Assembly: GCA_040954595.2 (NCBI GenBank)
Contig: CM082581.2
Span: forward strand, 4,022,699-4,086,698
Reading direction: 5' to 3'
Length of the DNA: 64,000 nt
Source: Balanoglossus misakiensis
Taxonomy: Eukaryota; Animalia; Hemichordata
The translations under genes and the position numbers were made by a program. Shown piece by piece: positions 30,318-42,291 of this stretch (positions within the stretch are counted from its first letter, which is position 1; every line of letters starts with the position of its first letter). Under the pieces are notes generated by a model that saw nothing but the letters and a program-made list of their open reading frames with translations, was not told where the DNA came from and searched no databases.

Positions 30318-33300
30318 TTTGCAGTGATTCTGAAGTCAAGAAATACCAGGGTTTCATACAGTCACTTGCTTTTTAAGAAGACTTGGACATTCCTTCAACT
30401 TACAGTAATATGGAGGATTTGAGTATGTCAGCCATTTTTTCAGCCACTGTTACATCATTTTTTTTCTATTGCCAGTCCTACTACTTTTCTCAAGGCATTG
30501 CAGGAGAAATTGTTTTCCTCTGCACCATATGCAAACAATCCCCCCCCCCAAAAAAAAAAAATCCCCACCCCCAAATCAAATGGGTTTTCCCTTACGCGCC
30601 AATGTAATAGTTTTGTTCGTATATTCTCAAGTTTTAGAAAACCAACCTTCTGAAATCGGAACCGTTGAAATTCCGGTAGTTACTTTCAATGTTTTGTCAG
30701 TATTTTCACCGAAGTCTTTCCCTTTCCATGTATATGCCAAAAGTTGCATGAAGTTTCTATTGTCACCCTAGTAAGCTTATGTAGCTTTAGTTTGTTTCCA
30801 CTATACAAAACAAAAACACATCACTGCCTCACTTGATATGACCCCGAATATGACGGATTCAGCGCTTCTTGTGTGACCTTTGACATGAAAAGTGGCCCAG
30901 ATAATCCGACAGGTTTTAAAAATATGGAGATGGGATTTCAACGGAATCGTCCTGCTTACACCCACCTCTTCGTGGGAACAGCGCAGCCAGCGGTAGGAAT
31001 GGGACAGGGAACCAGGCCAGGTGCTGGGAATGTGGTAGAAGGAATGTTGTGAAATAACCGTTGACAAATGCATCACTGCTTTCCTTTGCAATGATTTTGT
31101 AAAGAGTAAGCGCCAACTGTAAAGTTTGCTTCAAGAGAAATGGGATTTAATTTTATGGCGCCCACTTTATGTATTCGGGTATGTTACAACAGTAAATGTT
31201 TGACTTCACTGCTCACATGGGTCTAGTATACTTTTAATAAACTTCGAGACGTCATGTTTCCAGAACTCTAAAACCCGGAACATGCCTCCATAATACTGAA
31301 TTAAATTCTCATATTGAACACTACAAAACAGTCGTGCCATTACCAGAAAGGATGTTTCAAATTTATCGTAATCATGATTGACAGATAGGATGTGCTCTGT
31401 CCCGTTTGACGACCGTGCCCGTTTGCAAAACTCAAATTCGGATCAGACACTTACATGTACATTGTTTTTGTGATTTAACAGCGGAAACTCATCTCTTTTT
31501 AAAGAGAAGATTACAACTTCTGGCATTTTTGGAACTCGGAATGGGGAGGGTGTCACTGCAAAAGTCGACGTGTCGATTGTGGTATTAGTTAAACGCTGAC
31601 ACACTTTGATCTGAAGTAAATTCTTGTTACCAGCAAGACACAAATATGGATATATTTGTAAACAACGTATTGTGTGGCATAATCTCAGTTTACTGTGCGA
31701 TTTTTTATGATACCCCGATCATAGCGATTGAAATTATTGTTGTTGTTAAATTTCCAACGTACGTCATGCGTCATGGCAGTCCTGCAGGGCAGTTTTTTTT
31801 GGGGGTAATGGAATGTACATGGGCAAAACATCGATTTATGTACCCATAGTGTTTATAATAATAATAATACTACCATATCACGCTTCCGAATAAAAATTAC
31901 CATTTTCAGTGTCGGAGAACCTGTTTTGTAGAATTTGAAATCTACTTATAATCCGAAGAGAATTAATAGGGGAGGGGGTTTAAAATACGGATCCCTGAAA
32001 TACATTGACCCTCCCTTGTGTCCCAATGCTTGTACCAATACACCAAAACACATTATACATTAATCTTATCCATTAATCATGGGGTCCTCTCCCGGAGGGG
32101 TGCACTTCTCCACAAAAGAGAAGTCCTCTACTTTCTTTTGCGATGTCATGTCAGGCTATGCAGTTCAAAGGGCAGTGGAAAAGGGCAGACTGACATGAAG
32201 GAAGCTCCACATCCAGGATAATACAGTGAATATCAAATTTGGCCCGTAGAACAAATCACGTGATTCTTTACTGCATCACTGTATGAAATTTTGTCACGTC
32301 TTTAGGAGAAAACGCGTCTTTTTTTATCAACGATACATGCGCAGTTATTTTCTTCATGTCGTTATATGATTCGCCGCGACTGATTTAAAAAAAAAAATTC
32401 TTCTGAAATATGTCCCTTCAAAACCAATCATTCAAAATTGACGACGAGAATACAGCGCGCTTTAAAAAGCAACGGCTGTATTTTCAGCCTCATTCAAAGA
32501 TGCGCATACTTTGAAAGCTTGTTAGGGATATTAGTTTTTCGCAAGACAGTGCTACATACTATATCGAGATCACGATACATTTATTAATTAGTGATGCGTA
32601 TAAACAAAATATAATGTAAGTATATTTTATTGACATGTTGGTTATATATATCTTGAGTTCCACTGTACTGAAATACATGTACACGAAAATAATACATCGT
32701 GATTTGTGGGCTTGAAAAGCGCGTGTGTTGACATGTTATGCCACATTGATATGACCAGCACAATTATTATTATTAACAGTTTGAAGGTATATTAAGTTTT
32801 GAAAGCTTACATAAATATCAATAAACGGTATGGCAAATCAAGGTGATAACATTTTCTGATAATGTTTTAGTTTGAAGAGGGCGCTGTTTGCAGTTTGACT
32901 TGTAGATATTCGTTATTGGACTGTGAGAGTCGTCAACGTTCTCCGTTCAAAAAAAAACTGATATAGGCTAAATGAAAAATTATTGGCAACTTGTCGAAAC
33001 AGTTTATTCATCAATAGGAAAAATTAAAGATTTACCTAAGCCGTGACTTATTTGGATACTTTGAAATCACCAAGATTATGATCGAAAGATTGGTTTCCAA
33101 GAGAGTTGCAAACTCATCAATTATTCCACAAACACGTTCATTTCTCAGTAATAGATATTATCCAAAGCTCCATAGGTGTAATTTTTCCGTTTTGTGTATC
33201 TCCTGCAGTTTCTTGTTCAAATCCCTGAAGCATGCATGATTAAATACCCAATATTCAGGTTACAGGTTATTAAAACAAACTATGTATATAGTCATCATTT

Positions 33301-34991
33301 TTTGTGTGCAAAATTTGAATTCAAGTCCGGACTAGAATTCATTTGCCAACAATAACTATGACCATTACATACATACAGGCCGTGTTGACAAGTGGAGCAC
33401 TGGGTACACGAGCATGCTGTCTGGACTAGAACAAGAAATTGCCTTCTGTACGCAGAAGAAAAGTACTGAAATTAAAACCAAACGTTACAGCTAGTGTCCC
33501 TTTTATTTGACACTCGACCATTCGAACGTTAATCCTAGAGAAACACGGACGTTATAAGGTGCACTGAAACAATATTCAATTTGTGAAAATAAAACCCAGA
33601 AAGAAGCACTGCTATTTGCATGATCTGATGGTCTTCTCAAAGAGAAGACTGAAGATTTGTACTTTCCGAACACTGGTGGCGCTCTGTTGACACCGTGATG
33701 AAAAAGATGATGAAGAAACGACATCACTAAGGGAAGACGGTACAGACAGTTAAACACCTCTTTGTAGTGTGTTGGAAGTATTGGAAGGATTATGATGAGA
33801 AAGATAAGGCAATATGGATTCGACTTTTCATGAAGTGAAGATAGAAAAAATGATCCGACTTGACGAATTTGTCTACCAGAATTTTGTTGGAACGATATTT
33901 TATCGTGGAAAGACAGATATCACACGAACACAGTCGTTCATTAAAAGAACTTTACTGGGACGTTTATTGAAAACTTTCGATACAGGAGTATTCGTTCAGA
34001 CATCGTTAAATGTATATTGTTGTGTACATGCCAAATGTTTCGTTCAGCACCCCACCCAACACGTTTTTAGCAGATAATGTTTTGATATTAAACTCGTCCT
34101 TTTGTTTGCCCAAAAGCCGTTTGTCTTACATGCGTCTTTTGGAAAAAAAGGAAAAAGGTTTTTATTTCCGTCGAATTATTGAGGTATGAAGTTATTGGGC
34201 GCACATAGGAAGGGAAAAGGCTGTTCATTATTTTACTTTAAGAGATCGATAAATTACACTTCTCCGGTGTCACGTCCATTTTTTTTAGAATATTTACGAT
34301 GATGACAGCTGTCAAGTGATGAGTTCAATGAAATACACTTTCTTAAATGGCCCGCAATTCATAAATCATGACCTGACAACAAAGTCTGGAACATCGTGGA
34401 TGTAAAACATTGGTAGTGTCATACACCTCCAACAGTGTCTAAATGACTGTCTTTTTCATCTGTTCACGTCAAAATGGTTCTTGTTTCCTGAAGTTGCAGT
34501 ATACATGATTGTCAAACGCAAAAATGTTGATATAGATTAAGAAGAAAGGGACTTTGGACTGCACATTTTATATTTAAAAAATGTAGTTGAATCCAAATGA
34601 TGTAGAATCTTCAAATGCAATGTTTTGTGATTGAAATTCATGACAACGAGCGAATTTACAGGAACACGATGAAGTAGTCAGTTTGCATGTATCAGTGCAG
34701 AGAATACAGATAGTTTATGATGTTTGATGACCGGTCTCGGGTTACATCGTGTCTGCTATTCCACACAGAAAATCGAAATATATCGTTTTTATGTCACAAC
34801 TATCAACTTTCAGACGATAATTCTGTCAACAAATGCAGACAGACCGACTACCAACAAATTAGCGACAATGAACAGAGCGCCAAAAGTCTCCCATCTAGAA
34901 TGTCGCCGACATGAATACAGATTAGCTCGGAAACCGCTTCGGAATGAAAATACGACAAGTTCCTGTTCCGTATTTGTCTCTGTCGGTTTAA

Positions 34992-35910
34992 GGGACCGTT
35001 CAGTTTTTACGGCAGGGGGGGCCGGCAAGTTTGTGTCATCGGTTCTCAAAATCAGGCCGACCCCCCCCCTTCACCCAGGACCAAAAAATGATGACCCCCC
35101 CCTTTGACAGACCCAAAAATATGATGACCCCCCCCCCACGCCGAAAACATTCGCCGTCCTGATCCTATATACACTGTATGCAATAAAGGGAATGAGGCTC
35201 CTGACACCCCAATTATAAATTTCTTAAAGTATTATTGAAGTATATAATAGTATATCGTTGCAATAAAGAAATCTATGAACAAATTAAAATGACAAGTCAA
35301 TACAATAGTTGCTAGAATCGGTAAAACAAGAAAAGTGCCGGGGGTGGGTGTGGGAGGGGGTGTCCCCCTCCCACATAAGAAAATTTTGTAAAATATGTAG
35401 CACAAAGTTACATTTTAATGAACTCAAAAGCAAATTATCTCAATGTTTGGGAGGACTAATTTTACTTTTTGCCTCTACACTCAAAGTTAGAAGATTTGGC
35501 GTCATCTTCGTCATGACATCATTTCTAAAACTTCTAGTATATAGAAGATGCAGCGCGAAACTATCAGTTATGCAAAATGGTTTAAACAATTATTCTCCTT
35601 TATGTATTCTCTTTGTTAAATATTATCATCGGTGGGGTAAGGGGTTGGGGTGGCAAGCACTCTGCCCTGGTACAAAAAATGAAATGTGGCGGAGAATGTA
35701 GGGTTTTTGTATTTTGTAAAATAAAGGGCGCGAAACTGCAATTTTGTGGACTCAAAAGCAAAAGTTTGATGGCAAAAGTATGTGACCCCCCCTAAACGTT
35801 TAAAAAAAACAGATGACCCCCCCTTGTGGACTTCAAAATTTAACTGACCCCCCCCCCCCCTGGATTTTGCCGGCCCCCCCCCCCCCCGGCCGTAAAAACT
35901 GAACGGTCCC
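34992..35910. mobile_element. non-autonomous PIF/Harbinger-type MITE, 919 bp
   Basis: 22-bp perfect TIR GGGACCGTTCAGTTTTTACGGC (34992-35013 / 35889-35910) flanked by a TAA target duplication (34989-34991, 35911-35913); subterminal TGACCCCCC repeats. Confidence 0.9.
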
Positions 35911-36718
35911 TAAAGACACCGGAACTGCGAGTTTTTACCGATTTAGATTTTAGATTAGTTTTTAGATTTACTGTTTTAATTACACATGAACAGGTTTATG
36001 GTGGCCACGGTTTTCAGGTAGTAGATTTGGTGGAGACAATTTTTTCAACGTGTCGCTAGGATACCGAGTGTCACCTCCAATACTTTTGAATACAGTTTAG
36101 CTCCCTTATTCAAAATTTTACACGGTGACCCTTAATTATTATTCTCAATTTTAAGAGAGAATATTGATCTAAAATTGCATTTACGAAATTATGAGAAAAA
36201 GTTTAGGACTTTTATTTTCGAGGCGCAATCTACCTAAAGCAGAATCCTTCATAAACAAAACTGACAGTCACTCAACCACACAACATTACATTGAGTACCT
36301 GTGTATTTGAAATTGCCGGTGGCATGGAAAGTAAGGTCATCGCAAAATCCAATCTGATTACATGTAAGTGGCCTTTTAAAATTATAACTAGTGTTGGAGT
36401 CTGGAGGCGAAATACCTTTCACTTTACCTCTTTCAAAATAAAATTAAATAATAGAATAATTCCATTTCTTGAAAATTGATGCCCCGCGCTATCTAAATTA
36501 TATTTTTTTATGTTAATTTCACATACTGATCGGTTGGACTTGATCATTTAAACCATATGAAGAGGGTATTCCAAAACACAATCAGTTTTGGGATGAGGGG
36601 TTTATGGTCCTCCGCCACCTCTCCTTAACTTGTGAAAGAGGTTTTGTGTCCATGGTAACAGTTGTCATGTCATACATTGCATAAATAATGTATCTTTTAT
36701 ACTCCGATCTCGTCACAT

Positions 36719-37708
36719 TCAGTGAATGACTTCTGATTGGTTCGTTGCCGTTGGCCGGTCCGTACATTTCCTTCGAAAGATATACGTATGCGCCTTGCCG
36801 TGTCCTTTGTAGGAAACATTTGAAGAGTTGTATATTTTTTGTTCTGTCGCCATGACAACAAGAAGGCGGCATCGCAGAGCCATCCACGTCATCCATTCAT
36901 CCGATAACTTGACATGCTTATAAGATCCATCTTTACCACTGTTGAAGTCGGCGGATATCACCATGGTAGCATTGTGTCCGCATGGCAACAACATGTCGGC
37001 CATGTTCATAAATACTTGTTCCGGGTCGTACGTCAAATGATCCAGAAAATTGATGGAGTAAACCAAAGCCGCCTTGTTTTCCACGGAACACGCTCTTGTT
37101 TCTGCCATTTGCGGCAGAACTTTCCAAACGACGGCATTGTTATAAAAATCAAAATGTTTTAATTGCTCTGCACTTAATGTTGGCAACAAATGCGACGCTT
37201 TGTATATAACCGGCCCCATGGCAACAAGTTTAATATTCTTGAAATAGACACCGCGCATGCGCACACCTGCACCAACGTCCACGACGATCTTATCGCAAAA
37301 CGATGATTGATTGAAACCCCACGATTCGAACAAAAAAGACGACTCTTTCAGAAATTCCGGCGATCGCTGAAATGTATCACGTTTGAGATGAAATTGAGTG
37401 ACGTAATCAAGATGTTCCACGAATTTTGTGGACATCAGATCAAGTCTGTCGAAATACATTTTCTCGTTGTCTTCCAAACAATCACTCAAAAATCTTTCAT
37501 CTTTGAAACGCCAATGGTCAAATTTGCCGTTGGCACCTTTCTCTTTGATGTAATTGCGACAATTGCAATCGCTGCTCCTGTACACAATCTTGATCTTTTC
37601 GAGGTAACATTCATGCGAGGGCAGCGAAGAAAAAAACAGCCAAGTACCAAAGGAGATCATGAACAGTGCCAAGAAAACCAGGAGTAGGCCTACTCGTCGA
37701 CGTTTCAT
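36719..37708 (-). CDS. type II membrane-anchored class I SAM-dependent methyltransferase-like protein, 329 aa, intronless CDS
   Basis: 990-nt ORF from ATG (MKRRR). Basic N-tail plus a ~24-aa TM segment (VGLLLVFLALFMISFGTWLFFSSL). Motif I IVVDVGAG, then SINFLDH and DPEQVFMNMADMLLPCG as in Methyltransf_11/23-like folds; five N-X-S/T sequons. A strong acceptor (tttcttttaccaag) at 37735 lies just upstream of the ATG. Confidence 0.8.
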   Translation of the reverse strand: MKRRRVGLLLVFLALFMISFGTWLFFSSLPSHECYLEKIKIVYRSSDCNCRNYIKEKGANGKFDHWRFKDERFLSDCLEDNEKMYFDRLDLMSTKFVEHLDYVTQFHLKRDTFQRSPEFLKESSFLFESWGFNQSSFCDKIVVDVGAGVRMRGVYFKNIKLVAMGPVIYKASHLLPTLSAEQLKHFDFYNNAVVWKVLPQMAETRACSVENKAALVYSINFLDHLTYDPEQVFMNMADMLLPCGHNATMVISADFNSGKDGSYKHVKLSDEWMTWMALRCRLLVVMATEQKIYNSSNVSYKGHGKAHTYIFRRKCTDRPTATNQSEVIH

Positions 37709-39710
37709 CCCTGTCAACTTCTTCGAGTATCAGACTTGGTAAAAGAAAAGAAAAGAAAAGGAAGGATAATTAACAAATATGAACGTTCTATCAAAGTCAT
37801 ACGCATGAGTTAACGACAATGTGAATTTTCTGGAGTATTTTACTACTTTCGAAATAGTGTTCTGGAAAAATTACTTCAGCTTAATGGGTACTTCGGGTTA
37901 TTATGATACATACCACACATCAAATTATCTAATTAGCCCTTTTATAGGAAAAATAAGTTTCTGGCAAAATAGCATTTGGTACCTTTAATGGCCATGGATT
38001 ATTATAACTGCCAGCAACATGTGCACCAAGTATTAAAACTGAGAAAATGAAAACACATCCTGTCAAAGACAAATTTGCAAATTTTTGATAAATTTATGAC
38101 ATCGGATTTTCACAGTACATGTACCCCCTAAAAGACTGTGCTGTTTTGTGACCCCTTCCCGTAATTTCCATTAAGGTAAATTGATACCTCGTCTCAAAAT
38201 CCTCCAGACTCCCTCGAAAAATGTTCTGAACACTCCCTTACCAAGAAAACATCTGCGTGTTGGATGGCTTCTTACGGTTGATAAATGCACGCATTTTGTA
38301 GAAGCTAAAGAAAGGAGGTCACCACAGCTAAACAACAGCAACTGGTGAATTGTTTTCAGAGCAGTGCTAACGGGGAAATAAATAGGCCAGATTCTCTTTA
38401 AACGAAGAAGATTCTATTGACATCAATAGAATTCTATAGCCTATAGAATTCCTATTGAAGTTTAAAAATATTTCTATGTGGTTTTGGCACCCTATTCCAT
38501 TGTATTATATGGAATTGTCAAAATCTATAGAATACTACCGAACTTTATAGAACGTCATTGTCGTAATTTACTTGGCAAGTTGTGTATGACCGACCCGGGG
38601 GCAGACCTGGACCTTCGCTCTGAAAGCTGGAGAATTATGTTGTGCTAAAATATGGCGTCAATAATCAAGACTGGCATTTCCAGCCCGATCTCTTGTACAG
38701 TCAGCGAAATCCAGTGATAAAGGCCAGGCTGTTTATTAGCTCTAAAAGGCGAACACCGATAAAGATGGAACGGAATGACTGCAGTTAAAGTCACGCGATC
38801 CACACTATCTCAGATTATTTGGGCCACAGTCGGCATAAGGGGCGGACCATTTCACATTCAGGAGGGGAGGGGGCTAGAAAGTTTCGGCGAAAGGCAATTG
38901 TTGCCAACCATTTAAAACCCCCCACACATTTCTCTCTGTACTTAAAAGTTGCATTACCTACTCCACCAAATGAATGGTTAACCCCTAAATGTACAAACGC
39001 ACTCGTACACATAGACCCATTAGTTTTCGAGGGTTAATATATCCCGTCCGACATTTCTCATTAATTAATACACAAATAGACATAAAGAATAGATTATTGA
39101 CATTGAATGCCTGTGTATCGATGCCAACTCTCAAGAACACGTGTAGGCGCTAATTTCCAGATACGATAATTATTCAGGTTGATTACCTAGGAATACCTGA
39201 CAACATTCGACGACGCGTTTACGTTATAAAATATTATGTCACCATGTATAGATGGTCTTTAGATAAACTAAACGTCCAGTTCGATAGATTTTACCCACCT
39301 TTCAAGCTGTGCTTCTGTTCCTTATGACCTCCCCGTGAGTTCCCTGACCTTGACCATCGACTTGGTTCTTGCAAACTTGAAATGCCAATGCTGCTGCAAG
39401 CAAATCAGGCGGGCGACTCTCTGGATGTTGTAGTACAATATTTAAGTTTCAAGTAGTCACTATTTGTGTATTGCCACATCGCCATATTTCGAAGCTCTAG
39501 TCGCTTGTTAACTCGCTCAAGCTAATGGTTAACTTCATGGCCCGGCTTATCTCGACGCATAAAGACGAAAAGACCGGCATTGTGATACAGTACCTTGGGT
39601 GTGGTACCCATCAGCGGTCACCCCCGTTACATTACTGGCGCGTAACGCCGACTGGTTCTCAACTACTGCCGTCAAAGGCCAGTCTTGTTAATAGTGGAGG
39701 CACGTTACCT

Positions 39711-39711
<1 letters not shown>

Positions 39712-39770
<59 letters not shown>

Positions 39771-39795
39771 CGATGATGATGATGATGATGATGAC

Positions 39796-39869
<74 letters not shown>

Positions 39870-39870
39870 C

Positions 39871-39932
<62 letters not shown>

Positions 39933-39952
39933 CGATGATGATGATGATGATT

Positions 39953-39998
<46 letters not shown>

Positions 39999-39999
39999 C
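39712..39999. repeat. (GAT)~96 trinucleotide microsatellite with a few GAC/TAT interruptions
   Basis: 288 nt of tandem GAT. Confidence 0.99.
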
Positions 40000-41559
40000 T
40001 TTGAACTACAACACAATCATGATTTTTTCACACAGATCATCGCCATAATGTCCTCAGATTCATACATGATGAAAAGAAGTACCGAGATAATGCGCAATAA
40101 TTTTTAAGAAATGAAAACTTCAAAATCTATTGAAAATTGTCTTGCAGGTATAAAGTTAGTTGGCATGCATGGGAACTTTAGGACGAAATATTGTAATGAA
40201 ACCAAAAATGTTCAATTAAATTGTACCGGGCCTAAATGGGGTGGACTTTTTGATAAACCGGGGATCTGGAAGATTGATGAAGTGTTTTTTACCTGCTTTT
40301 TGCATTCTTTCTTTCAGGATTTTTTTTCATTCGGCCTTGCTGCACAATGAAAGTTTCTTGCGTTAGATATTATAAAGTTGACAATGTACAAAGCTTAAAT
40401 CTCGAACGGCATCATTGGTTCATTTGAATATGAATGTATATCTGTATGAATGTAATACACCTGTATTCTTACAGTCATTATTTCGTCACTTATTCATGTG
40501 AACACCTGTCTAGTAATGATAGAGCTGACCTTTTATTTGTTGATCTCAATTATGCAAACCACCTGGATGTTTCCCTTGACCAATGAACACAAGCTTATGT
40601 AGCACCATGCATAAATTAAGTCAGCTCACCTCTGTAGTCAGACCGCGACCGGCCACATGTATGAACTGACGATGTCTCTATTCAATTTCAGGTTAGTTTT
40701 CCTTGTACTTTACCTGTAGCTTGAAGCTTCGTATTTTGGTGCATTCTACTGACTCATTTCAGCACAAGTAATTGGTGTCTTGAACTTGCGTCAAGTTTTC
40801 AATTGCACTTCTGTATTTTTCACCTGCGCGAATTCTGGTGTATTGTGTTGTAGGTGAACTCCTATACATGTGTGTAATTTAGCAGTTCACCTCTGTATAG
40901 CCAGATCTACCACACGTATGAACTGACGATGTCTCTGTTCAAATGTTATAGGCCTTTATGTCTTGTGAAACCGTTAAACCGTTTGGTGTATTTGTGTTTG
41001 GTGAACAGTGACAACCGTATCAGTAAAAAAGATGCATTGTATTTCTATGGCTATATGTGTCGATATAACTTTTATCACTCTTTTGCAAGGAAATAGAATG
41101 TTGTTGAATTTTGCCTTTATTATTTCGAATTTTCCAGCTGAAAGTAGTAGCATATTATAACCCTCACCATCTTAACATTGTCCCTTACTCATCACTTCAA
41201 TCTAATCATATAAAAGATCATAATTATTATTCTTGATATTTGGTTAACATAAATGGTCTACATGTATATTTATTACGCAAATTTGCACAGAAAATATATT
41301 AATCGCCTGTCTGATGCATTTTGGTGCAATTGTTGTCATGAAATTTGCACTTGCCCACAATGAAAAACAGTCTGACCCCCTACAGCACATATCAAAATGG
41401 TGACACCCCCCTCAAACAAAACTGACCAGACCCTTAATATCGGAAGAATTCCTCAACCAAATTTTACAACAATCACTATGGTTTCACTGCAGTGAGTTTG
41501 GTCAGTATGATATGCAAATCTCCACTTCATTTACATATTTAACGATGTAGCAATATAAC

Positions 41560-42050
41560 CAAATTTTGTGTGACATGGCATGAACATTTTGGAGTGACCT
41601 TTGACATTATTTTACATATATCAGCATATGGAGAATTGCACAGACAGGGTTCTCTGTTGCCATGGATCAGTATGGGAGCAAGGATGGGGCTAGAATTCAT
41701 TAATTTCGGGGTAACCTTCAATCTACTTTATCATATCTCGGCATTAATAATTACGTCCTGGTTATTTGTTGATATGGGGATTGTTGACAAGAATAAGGGG
41801 GCAATCTTGGACCTATATTTGTGTGTACTTTGGAATATTTCAGCATCTTTATAGATACAGGTTCGTGTATTGATATGGGTCAATAGATGAGAATTTGTTT
41901 GTAAACACAATATGGGATAACCTTTGACCTCTGCATATACTTTTTGAATATTTCAGTATCTATAACAGGTACATTTGTTGATATGGGTTAAAAAAAGGAT
42001 CGCTTTTTTTTTCAATTTATGGGCGACCTTTAACCTGGTACTTTTATAAA
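41560..42050. repeat. degenerate tandem repeat (~110-120 bp unit, ~4 copies)
   Basis: recurring ACCTTTGACC...ATATTTCAGCAT...TTGATATGGG blocks. Confidence 0.55.
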
Positions 42051-42285
42051 TCTTAGCACATAAATAACACCAAATCATATATTTGAGAAATTCTTTCTAT
42101 AAAGCTGAAAGCTGGTCAAACATCCACAATCTTCTTTTTATACATATTTTGGAACTGTTCAGTTAAATGTACTTCAAAGACAAGTACAGTCACCAATTGA
42201 TCGAGGCAAGCAATTCACAAAATTGTCCCTCTCAACCGAGCCTCCGTAATAAATACACAAGGACACACAAATGAATGGAAACCAC

Positions 42286-42291
42286 TTTATT
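42286..42291 (-). promoter_or_regulatory. candidate polyadenylation signal of NT5C2 (AATAAA on -), implying a ~4.2 kb 3' UTR
   Basis: tttatt on +, at the distal edge of a long AU-rich, CpG-poor UTR-like tract. Confidence 0.45.

Noticed and set aside
33503-34077. Short ORFs on both strands in CpG-rich intergenic DNA that look like a decayed gene
   Set aside because: Stops in all frames and no recognisable family; cannot support a pseudogene call without a search.
38210-38870. Harbinger-like single ends (…GAACACTCCCTTA at ~38228; TAAGGGGCGGACCATTT at ~38837)
   Set aside because: No matching partner TIR found, so element boundaries cannot be defined.
39685-40107. Poly-Asp and poly-Met ORFs
   Set aside because: Translations of the (GAT)n microsatellite; no ATG-led unique coding context or exon structure.
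40620-40945. ~60-bp direct repeat pair (CACCTCTGTA...GTATGAACTGACGATGTCTCT)
   Set aside because: Two degenerate copies only; a local duplication with no LTR or CRISPR-like organisation.
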